A stretch of DNA of 23,587 nt from an uncultured virus (IMG/VR IMGVR_UViG_2721755149_000018). Its lineage: Duplodnaviria; Heunggongvirae; Uroviricota; Caudoviricetes. Positions 17,405 through 23,587 of the stretch are shown in pieces. Made by a program: the position numbers and the translations under genes. Numbering within the stretch: position 1 is the stretch's first letter; each line of letters begins with the position of its first letter. Location of the stretch: IMG/VR virus record IMGVR_UViG_2721755149_000018; one strand, 5' to 3'. Under the pieces are notes generated by a model that saw only the letters and a program-made list of their open reading frames with translations, was not told the origin of the DNA and made no database searches.

Positions 17405-17781
17405 CGGTTCGCTTGGGTGTTCGAGTGCCGGGGTGGTGCGCCAGGGTGGCGTGCTGCCCCGGTTTTGTTCGTTGTGCGGCGGCTGCTGGCTCTTGTGGTT
17501 GCTCGCCGGGTTGTGTCAGGTGTAGGCAATTCCAGCTTCCCTGGGGTGCGGTTCGGGGGTGTGTGGTTGTGCGCTACCGAATATGAATGATGCTCGTTTA
17601 CCACGGGATTTGGGGGTTAGGGTTGGCTTTGTTGTGGTGTTTGGTTCATGAAAGCCAACTTGCATGTAACACGTTGGAAATAGATACTTTTGTCCTGTTT
17701 GACTGGTATCGACAAGGACTAAAGTCCACTACCCGCCGGTAAGATGTTTGAACTGGTGAAACATACGTAACGTCCAGTTTC

Positions 17782-17803
17782 TGTCGGGGATACACGCTAT
17801 GAT
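17782..17803 (+). promoter_or_regulatory. PafBC-dependent (RecA-NDp-type) DNA-damage promoter
   Basis: TGTCGG-GGATACACGC-TATGAT matches the TGTCGG-N10-TA-N3-T consensus exactly. Confidence 0.8.
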
Positions 17804-17815
17804 CAACGAGTCAAC

Positions 17816-17831
17816 TCGAACACCTGTTCGA
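17816..17831. promoter_or_regulatory. LexA (SOS) box
   Basis: TCGAAC-ACCT-GTTCGA, an exact actinobacterial consensus TCGAAC-N4-GTTCGA, 12 nt downstream of the -10. Confidence 0.88.
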
Positions 17832-17862
17832 ACACTACGAGCCTACGGGGGCCACAGACATC

Positions 17863-18327
17863 ATGAGCAAGACCCAGCGATTCCGCGCCAAGCACATCGA
17901 CCAGCACACCCTCGCCAACTGGTCCGTCTTGGGCATCACCATGCACCACCCCACCGGAACCGCCGTCTACTGGCACAACGACGACTGCCAGACCCTCATG
18001 AAAGACATCGGTTTGATCCGCGTCAACGAAGATCGCAGCATCGACCTCCACCCATTCGCGCCCGCCACCACCGACGACCTCAACGTGCTCCGCGGCGCCG
18101 GCATGGAAGCCGCCCAGAACGAACCCTCCAAAGCAACCGCCTGGACCAAGCACAAGTCCAAGACAGGCGTCTACTGGACGTGCGTGATCTCCGTGCCGCT
18201 CGACTGCAACGACGAAGTGGCGGTCGCTGTCCGCAGCCACCAGGCGAAAGAACTCACCGTGCACGAGTCCTTCACCAAGAAGACACGGATGGCGACCGCC
18301 ACCGACGAAACTATGGAAACCCTGTAG
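17863..18327 (+). CDS. Hypothetical protein, predicted DNA-damage inducible
   Basis: 154-aa ORF with strong GC3 codon bias and GGGGG RBS-like element, downstream of the PafBC and LexA sites. No family recognised. Confidence 0.8.
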   Translation: MSKTQRFRAKHIDQHTLANWSVLGITMHHPTGTAVYWHNDDCQTLMKDIGLIRVNEDRSIDLHPFAPATTDDLNVLRGAGMEAAQNEPSKATAWTKHKSKTGVYWTCVISVPLDCNDEVAVAVRSHQAKELTVHESFTKKTRMATATDETMETL

Positions 18328-18768
18328 TCAGCCGACGCGAGTAGGGCGGCGGAGCACGAGGGATTCCGCCGCCTCCTCCGTCGCAGCAGCCGTCAACCGA
18401 GCATGCTCAGTCAGATCCCGAATGAACGAATCCACCATCTTCTGCTGACGCGCCGTCAAATACGCGGCCTCCGGGGGAAGCTCATACAGCTTCTCGCTGA
18501 TCGTCCCATTCAACCCAGCCCACTTCGCAATCAGCGACGGCTTCTTCCCCAACGCCTGCGCCACCTTATGAATCACATGCGGCTCCGGCCCCGTCTTCGT
18601 GTACTCACCGTGAATCAGCCGGCGCACCGTCACCGGAGCCAACCCCGTCGCCCGCGCTAGCCCGTTCATCGACGGCTCACCGAACTTGTCCAGCATCTCG
18701 CGGTTGCCGGTTTGCTTCATCGCCACAGCCCACTTCTCAGGGATGCTGCGCTCAATCTTCTCGATCAT
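18328..18768 (-). CDS. HTH DNA-binding protein, immunity-repressor-like
   Basis: HTH SMNGLARATGLAPVTVRRLIHG...KVAQALG. C-terminal YELPPEAAYLTARQQKMVDSFIR resembles actinophage repressor C-termini. ATGA overlap with the upstream repressor. Confidence 0.85.
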   Translation of the reverse strand: MIEKIERSIPEKWAVAMKQTGNREMLDKFGEPSMNGLARATGLAPVTVRRLIHGEYTKTGPEPHVIHKVAQALGKKPSLIAKWAGLNGTISEKLYELPPEAAYLTARQQKMVDSFIRDLTEHARLTAAATEEAAESLVLRRPTRVG

Positions 18769-19193
18769 GACTTGCTCCTCTTGGACTGTGTACGGGTGGT
18801 TTTTGTTGTCTTGCGGGTAGCAACCGTTGACCTAGCTGGCTTCTTCACTGGTTCCGGCTGCGGGCTTGGTCTGCGTTTCTGGGCTCTGCGTAACAGCTCT
18901 TGCAGTAGCTCTTCATCTGTTCGTTCTTCTATGGGTGTGGCGTTACGTTCCGCCTCCCATTCGTCTTGGGTGAGATACCCCGCGGCCACCAGGGCTTCCA
19001 GGACGCTGGTGCCGAGGGCTTCCGCGACGGCCCGAATGATTTGTTTGTCGCGGGGTGCGACTCCACCGTTCCGCCATTGCGACATTCCTCCACGGTTGAG
19101 GCCGATGGTGTCTGCGAGGTGGGACTGGTTGAGACCATTCCTTTCGAGTCCTTCCTCGATGTACTGCCACCAGGCGGTCGTTGTTGTCGTCAT
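18765..19193 (-). CDS. XRE-family HTH immunity repressor
   Basis: WWQYI...NQSHLADTIGLNRGGMSQWRNG...AEALG.SVLEALVAAGYLT..E, the common actinophage repressor pattern. Confidence 0.9.
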   Translation of the reverse strand: MTTTTTAWWQYIEEGLERNGLNQSHLADTIGLNRGGMSQWRNGGVAPRDKQIIRAVAEALGTSVLEALVAAGYLTQDEWEAERNATPIEERTDEELLQELLRRAQKRRPSPQPEPVKKPARSTVATRKTTKTTRTQSKRSKS

Positions 19194-19200
19194 GCCGTGG

Positions 19201-19206
19201 ATTGTA
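19201..19206 (-). promoter_or_regulatory. -10 element of a leaderless repressor promoter
   Basis: TACAAT on the minus strand 7 nt before ATG 19193. No Shine-Dalgarno sequence. Confidence 0.7.
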
Positions 19207-19229
19207 CTGCCAAGTATTCGCGGCTTACT

Positions 19230-19246
19230 ACTGTTGAGTCAACAGT
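19230..19246. promoter_or_regulatory. Palindromic operator candidate
   Basis: ACTGTTGA-G-TCAACAGT, perfect 8-bp arms, upstream of the repressor promoter. Confidence 0.65.
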
Positions 19247-19394
19247 TCCGGGTAGGTAGTTGTACTCATTTGTGCTGCTCGGTTGGTATCTAGGGCTATC
19301 TAAGCACGTCATACCGTCTGTACGCAACACACCTGTGTGGAACGCGCTAGGGCCTTTAGTCCCCGTTTACCGTCCACGTTCCCGGCGCGATCCA

Positions 19395-19459
19395 CCTGTA
19401 CCCACACCCTGACGGGTGCAAACATGCGCATTCACCAGCGAAGTAGCCTGTACCCACAC
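19395..19459 (+). repeat. 13-bp direct repeat CCTGTACCCACAC x2
   Basis: Copies at 19395-19407 and 19447-19459. The 11-bp core also occurs inverted at 12181-12191. Confidence 0.8.
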
Positions 19460-19465
19460 GACCGG

Positions 19466-19494
19466 TTGACCACGACCACATCCGCGTGTAGGTT
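19466..19494 (+). promoter_or_regulatory. SigA-type early lytic promoter
   Basis: TTGACC-N17-TAGGTT upstream of the first early gene. Confidence 0.7.
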
Positions 19495-19530
19495 TGGTTT
19501 ATCCAACCAACACCACATGTAGGGGTCACC

Positions 19531-19629
19531 ATGAAACAGCACACCAGGGCGCAACGCGCCGTCGACATCTTCGCCATCCTCTGCCTCCTCGCCGTCGTGT
19601 GCATCCCCATAGTGGGGGTGTACGCATGA
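19531..19629 (+). CDS. 32-aa single-pass membrane peptide, absent from ORF track
   Basis: AGGGG RBS. MKQHTRAQRAVDIFAILCLLAVVCIPIVGVYA. ATGA overlap with the exonuclease. Confidence 0.7.
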   Translation: MKQHTRAQRAVDIFAILCLLAVVCIPIVGVYA

Positions 19630-20534
19630 TGCTCACCGGCCGCAAACTCGAAACCCCCATCACCCCCGGCAGCATCGAACACCTGTCGGTACTCTCCGCG
19701 TCGAAAATGCCGCAGCTCATGAACCTTTGCCCACCCGACTGGGGCGACGAATTCACCCTGTGGCACGAGATGCGGCACAAGCGGCAACTGTCCAAACCAT
19801 CCGATGCCATGACCCGCGGTCACGAGTTCGAGCCCATGATCCGTGACTGGTTCCAACGCGACCACCCAGCTTTGCGGGTCGAAACCTCGTCCACGTGGGC
19901 GCATCTGGAACGCCCCTGGCAGACCGCCGACCCCGACGGCGAAGTGTGGCACGACGACGGCACCCTGGAACTCCTGGAGGTCAAGACCGCCTCCGATATG
20001 AGGGACTGGGGGCAGCCCGGAACCGACGAAATCCCCGACCACTACTACGCGCAAACCCAGTGGCAGCTCGACACGATCGGTGCCCGCCGCGTCCATGTCG
20101 CCGTGTGTGGGCCGTTCGAGTTGTTCGACCGGAAACCCCGCTACTACATCGTGGACTATGACCCGGAGTATGCGCGGGTGTTGCGGGAGAAGGGGTTGCG
20201 GTTCATGCAGTCCCTGGAGTTGGACGCTGAACCTGTGCGCCGCAACACCACCGACAAAGCCATGCTCGCCGTCCGCTGGAAGAACACCACGATCACCGAC
20301 GACCCTGGGTTGGAGATCCCCGACGAGATCGCCGAACCCTACCTCGCCACCCGCGGCGACTGCCCCACATGCGCCGAAGCGAAAGATGCGGCCGCAACCC
20401 TGTTGGAGTACATGGGCACGGCGAAGAAAGCCACCTATCGGGGTGTGACGATCGCGAACCGCGTGAATGGTCGCGCCGGCGCACCACCAATGCTGCGAGC
20501 CGCCAAGGGCCTCGCACTCAAAACCACCGCATAG
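19626..20534 (+). CDS. YqaJ/lambda-exonuclease family (RecE-like) exonuclease
   Basis: LSASK, RGHEFEP, ADPDG, LLEVKT, YYAQTQWQL motifs. Start set at the ATGA overlap. Confidence 0.93.
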   Translation: MMLTGRKLETPITPGSIEHLSVLSASKMPQLMNLCPPDWGDEFTLWHEMRHKRQLSKPSDAMTRGHEFEPMIRDWFQRDHPALRVETSSTWAHLERPWQTADPDGEVWHDDGTLELLEVKTASDMRDWGQPGTDEIPDHYYAQTQWQLDTIGARRVHVAVCGPFELFDRKPRYYIVDYDPEYARVLREKGLRFMQSLELDAEPVRRNTTDKAMLAVRWKNTTITDDPGLEIPDEIAEPYLATRGDCPTCAEAKDAAATLLEYMGTAKKATYRGVTIANRVNGRAGAPPMLRAAKGLALKTTA

Positions 20535-20547
20535 AAAGGCAACCGTC

Positions 20548-21432
20548 ATGACCGCTGTTGAACGCTACGAGTCGAACACCCTCGCAGAGAAGATCGAATG
20601 GGCACGCGCCATGTCCACCGGCACGATGCTTCCCCGCGCCTACCAGAACAACCCCGCCAACCTCCTGTTCGCACTCGAATACGCGGACACCCTCGGCATC
20701 CCGCGCATCAACGCACTCACCTCCATCCACGTCGTGGACGGGAAGCCCACCGCGTCCGCTGACCTCATCGCATCGCTCGTCCGCAAGGCTGGGCACAAGC
20801 TGCGTGTCGTCGGGGATGACACCTACGCGGAGGCGATCATCATCCGCGCCGACGATCCCGAGTTCGAGTACAAGGCACGCTGGGATGAGACGAAGGCACG
20901 CAAGGCAGGGAAGTGGGGGAGCAAGGGCCCGTGGTCGCTGTACCCGGCGGCGATGCTTCGTTCCCGCGCCATCACTGAGGTTGCCCGCATGGCGGCATCC
21001 GATGCGCTCTACGGTGTGATTTACACGCCGGAGGAGTTGGGGGAGACGGTTGATGCTGACGGGAACGCGGTGCACAATGTGACCACGATGCCGCGCCGCC
21101 CGCAGCCCCGCCAGGTTCGTCCGGTTCACGCAGTGGAGGCGGCGCCGGCGCCCGAACCGCAGCCCGCAGTGATCGACCTCGAACCGCTCCGGGATCAGGT
21201 CAAGGAAACCTGGGACGCGGAGGTGCTTCGCACGATTTGGCGGGAGCATGACCTCAACAACGCGAGTGGTGAGGATGCGCAGAAGTTGAGTGATGCAATC
21301 TTGGCGCAGTTCGAGGAGATCAAGAACCGTGCCGCCATCGCCGAAGCGCAGGAGCAGGCGGAGCCGTCGCATGAGGCCGCAGTGGAGGCCGTGACCGAAA
21401 CCTTGGACGCGGAGATCATCGAAGCGTCCTGA
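20548..21432 (+). CDS. RecT/ERF-like single-strand annealing protein
   Basis: GAAAGG RBS. LP.AY.NNPAN, IHVVDGKP..SA, W..YP.AML..RA....AR....D.L.G..YTPEEL. Paired with the exonuclease. Confidence 0.9.
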   Translation: MTAVERYESNTLAEKIEWARAMSTGTMLPRAYQNNPANLLFALEYADTLGIPRINALTSIHVVDGKPTASADLIASLVRKAGHKLRVVGDDTYAEAIIIRADDPEFEYKARWDETKARKAGKWGSKGPWSLYPAAMLRSRAITEVARMAASDALYGVIYTPEELGETVDADGNAVHNVTTMPRRPQPRQVRPVHAVEAAPAPEPQPAVIDLEPLRDQVKETWDAEVLRTIWREHDLNNASGEDAQKLSDAILAQFEEIKNRAAIAEAQEQAEPSHEAAVEAVTETLDAEIIEAS

Positions 21433-21438
21433 GGATTA

Positions 21439-21472
21439 CCGGGTGGTGGGCGCATGGTCGTCCACCACCCGG
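21439..21472 (+). other. Intergenic RNA hairpin
   Basis: CCGGGTGGTGGGCG-CATGGT-CGTCCACCACCCGG, 14-bp stem, no U-tract. Confidence 0.55.
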
Positions 21473-21498
21473 CTTCAACACACACGGATCGGAGACAC

Positions 21499-22020
21499 AT
21501 GACCCGCCGCTACCCGCACGAAGTCGACGCGCTTCTTCGTAAGCCAATCGGCACGGAAAAACTCGTCGACATGCTCGCAGACTGGGCTCGTGAAGCAATG
21601 CGTCAACGAGACGAACTCGTAGAACGCACCGGTCGCGCTATTGCCGACCGAGCACGCGCCGAAGATGAAGCGCAGTCGTACGTCCGGTCTGTAATCGATG
21701 CGGCGGAGCGTGCCGGTTACAGAGTCGACCACGAGCGAGCACAGGATTCGCTGGACAATGCTCGATATCAGACTGCACGGGATGCTTTCGAGATTGCCAA
21801 GTTGGAGAGGTTCCGGCGGTCGATGTGCACTGTTCCTCTGGATGTTGCTGATGCTCGACGTAAGGGCGTTGACGACTCCGCGATCCTGGATGCTGTGGTG
21901 AAGGTCGCCGATCGCGCTCACGCGGCGTACAAGTCTGCGTCTGCGCCTACGTTCGACGAGTGGCTGTCTCAGTGCAAGTCTCGCGATGAGGATTCTGGCA
22001 CGTTGTTCGACGTTGCCTAG
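21499..22020 (+). CDS. Hypothetical alpha-helical phage protein
   Basis: GGAG RBS before ATG 21499. 173 aa. Flanked by hairpins. Confidence 0.75.
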   Translation: MTRRYPHEVDALLRKPIGTEKLVDMLADWAREAMRQRDELVERTGRAIADRARAEDEAQSYVRSVIDAAERAGYRVDHERAQDSLDNARYQTARDAFEIAKLERFRRSMCTVPLDVADARRKGVDDSAILDAVVKVADRAHAAYKSASAPTFDEWLSQCKSRDEDSGTLFDVA

Positions 22021-22033
22021 TTGAGTTACGCCT

Positions 22034-22068
22034 GGGTGGCGCATGGATTCTGGGTCTGTGCGCCACCC
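22034..22068 (+). other. Intergenic RNA hairpin
   Basis: GGGTGGCGCATGGAT...GTCTGTGCGCCACCC stem with G-U pairs. Confidence 0.55.
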
Positions 22069-22097
22069 GTCTACCGCACACATGGATAGGAAACGCT

Positions 22098-22577
22098 TTG
22101 GATCGGGAAGACTGGCAGGAATCGGCGAAATGCAGTGGCGCCGACACCGACACATACCACTGGGAACACCTCGGGCTGAACCCACACCAACAAGCACAAG
22201 CACTGTGCGCCGGCTGCCCAGTCAAACGCGAATGCGCCACCTACGCGCTACAGCATCGGATCACCGACTACGTGTTCGCTGGGGTCGCTGTACCGCCCGC
22301 CGACAAGCCACAAACGAAGGCGTTGCAGGCGCTCGCCGCTATCGCCAACCCTGCGCCCAAAGCGACGAAGCCGGTTGCGCCGCCGTGGGATGGGAGACGC
22401 TGCCCCGAAGGTCATGCGTTGACTGAAGACAACACGTATTGGTCCACGGTCAAGTCGGGGCACAGGGTGGGGACGTGCAAGACGTGTAAGCGCATCAAGA
22501 GTCGTCAGCGCCGCGCACAGCAGCGCGCCGCGAATCAGGCCGCGAATGATGCTCGACTTCGAAAGGCAGCCTCATGA
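22098..22577 (+). CDS. whiB: WhiB-family transcription factor with extra C-terminal zinc-finger-like module
   Basis: DWQESAKC...A.ALCAGCPVKRECATYAL four-Cys pattern. Second module CPEGH....NTY...CKTC. Confidence 0.85.
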   Translation: MDREDWQESAKCSGADTDTYHWEHLGLNPHQQAQALCAGCPVKRECATYALQHRITDYVFAGVAVPPADKPQTKALQALAAIANPAPKATKPVAPPWDGRRCPEGHALTEDNTYWSTVKSGHRVGTCKTCKRIKSRQRRAQQRAANQAANDARLRKAAS

Positions 22578-22705
22578 CCACCATGCCTATTGACCCGCAG
22601 CTCTTGGTGTCGCTGTACGTCACCGCACCCGAATACCTCCAACAACGCCTGGAGGACTACTACGGCACCGACATCCTCGACGCGCTCCTCCGAAAGCAGG
22701 TGTGA
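22574..22705 (+). CDS. 43-aa hypothetical protein, absent from ORF track
   Basis: GAAAGG RBS and ATGA overlap with whiB. MTTMPIDPQLLVSLYVTAPEYLQQRLEDYYGTDILDALLRKQV. Fills the gap exactly. Confidence 0.68.
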   Translation: MTTMPIDPQLLVSLYVTAPEYLQQRLEDYYGTDILDALLRKQV

Positions 22706-22706
22706 A

Positions 22707-22937
22707 GTGGCTACTAAAAACAAGAACAGTAATCAGCCCGACGGGCTCGTGTCGTGGCACACCTGCACCACCTGCGGGAAACGCGCCTACCACAGCAAGG
22801 CGGATGCGAAACGCTCCCGCAAACACCATGCAGACCCTCGCCTCGGCATCTACAGGTGCGGACAATTCTGGCACCTCGGACACCTCGGGGAAGGCATCAA
22901 ACGCGGCTACGAAACCCGCATCGAACGCTACAGCTAA
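22707..22937 (+). CDS. Small Cys/His phage protein
   Basis: GTG 1 nt after the previous stop. C..CGKRAY.SK.DAK......IYRC...WHLGH motif. Confidence 0.72.
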   Translation: MATKNKNSNQPDGLVSWHTCTTCGKRAYHSKADAKRSRKHHADPRLGIYRCGQFWHLGHLGEGIKRGYETRIERYS

Positions 22938-22980
22938 CCGATTACCACACACACGCACAGCACACACCAAAGAAGGCATC

Positions 22981-23587
22981 GTGAGGATTCGCAACATCAA
23001 GCCGAGGTTCTGGCGTAGCGACGACATCGACGCACTCGAATGGCACGACCGACTCCTCTTCATCGGACTCTGGTCCTACGTGGACGACAACGGGGTGGGC
23101 ATCGACAAACTCTCGTCGATCGCCGCCGACCTGTTCGCCGCGGACCTGGTAAAGAGTTCCGAGGAGACTCTCAAGAGGATCTCTTCCGGGCTGGAACGAC
23201 TGTCTTCCAGTGGTCTGATCCAGCGTTACCAGTCGGAAGGCCGGAATCTTCTGTATGTCACCAACTGGAAATTGCATCAGAAGGTAACGAACCCGAACAC
23301 GCCGCGCTACAGCACTCCTACCAGCGCAAACACTGATCCCGGAAAGCTGGAAGATAGTCCCTCGCGAGACAATCAAGAGAACCTGCCTACTGGTGTAGAG
23401 GTACATAGTTGTAGTGGTGTAGAGGTACATAGTTGTAGTGGTGTAGAGATCCCGGAAGAATCCCGGAATCTTCCAGCTGTTCCGGAAGACGTTCCGGAAG
23501 CCAAGCCGGAGAAGAAGCCCACCACACCTGACTCCACGAACAGGTTCGACGAGTTCTGGGCCACCTATCCACGTAGGGAAGGCAAAG
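22981..23587 (+). CDS. Phage replication initiator / replisome organiser (3'-truncated; absent from ORF track)
   Basis: GAAGG RBS, GTG start. MRIRNIKPRFWRSDDI..L....RLLFIGLWSYVDDNG.G...NW..HQK...FDEFWATYPRREGK. Frame open to the window end. Confidence 0.9.
   Translation, partial: MRIRNIKPRFWRSDDIDALEWHDRLLFIGLWSYVDDNGVGIDKLSSIAADLFAADLVKSSEETLKRISSGLERLSSSGLIQRYQSEGRNLLYVTNWKLHQKVTNPNTPRYSTPTSANTDPGKLEDSPSRDNQENLPTGVEVHSCSGVEVHSCSGVEIPEESRNLPAVPEDVPEAKPEKKPTTPDSTNRFDEFWATYPRREGK
23391..23448 (+). repeat. 24-bp tandem repeat x2.4 inside the initiator gene (iteron-like)
   Basis: TGGTGTAGAGGTACATAGTTGTAG at 23391 and 23415, plus a partial copy at 23439. Confidence 0.85.

Larger units (their letters stand above)
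1..23587. mobile_element. Temperate actinobacteriophage genome segment (lysis - tail - accessory - integration - immunity - early/replication)
   Basis: Nearly every ORF is phage-like, in canonical siphovirus order with frequent ATGA/GTGA/TAATG overlaps. No host housekeeping genes. Late and early arms are joined across the integrase region. Confidence 0.96.

Noticed and set aside
17269..17604. Minus-strand 111-aa ORF after the tyrosine integrase
   Set aside because: Low-complexity translation, 136-bp overlap with int and no RBS.
19337..19522. 61-aa ORF as a possible Cro
   Set aside because: No HTH pattern or RBS, and it spans the promoter and repeat elements.
23391..23448. 24-bp repeat as a CRISPR array
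   Set aside because: The copies are directly adjacent with no spacers and lie in frame within a CDS.

Overview
The window is a continuous 23.6-kb segment of a temperate actinobacteriophage. High GC, a WhiB gene and actinobacterial promoter and operator motifs suggest a Rhodococcus/Gordonia/Nocardia-type host (inferred). Left to right it holds: a split endolysin (M23 peptidase + GH25 muramidase) and holin; minor tail genes, ending in two paralogous small proteins and two receptor-binding/depolymerase-like proteins with a shared N-terminal peptide; a leftward accessory cluster (membrane protein, lipoprotein, GT-C glycosyltransferase); an integration region; a DNA-damage-controlled orphan gene; two tandem HTH repressors; and the early operon (YqaJ exonuclease, RecT-like protein, WhiB, replication initiator with internal repeats). 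The integration region has a candidate intact attP, a large serine integrase, an uncalled phiRv1-like RDF, an HNH nuclease fused to serine-integrase DNA-binding domains, and a second, tyrosine-type integrase. The two most notable observations are the HNH-recombinase-domain fusion (13920-15335) and a promoter combining an exact PafBC/RecA-NDp motif with an exact LexA box (17782-17831). Three N-gaps (1790-1801, 6470-6498, 11757-11786) interrupt genes. All family assignments come from motif recognition by eye, not database searches.
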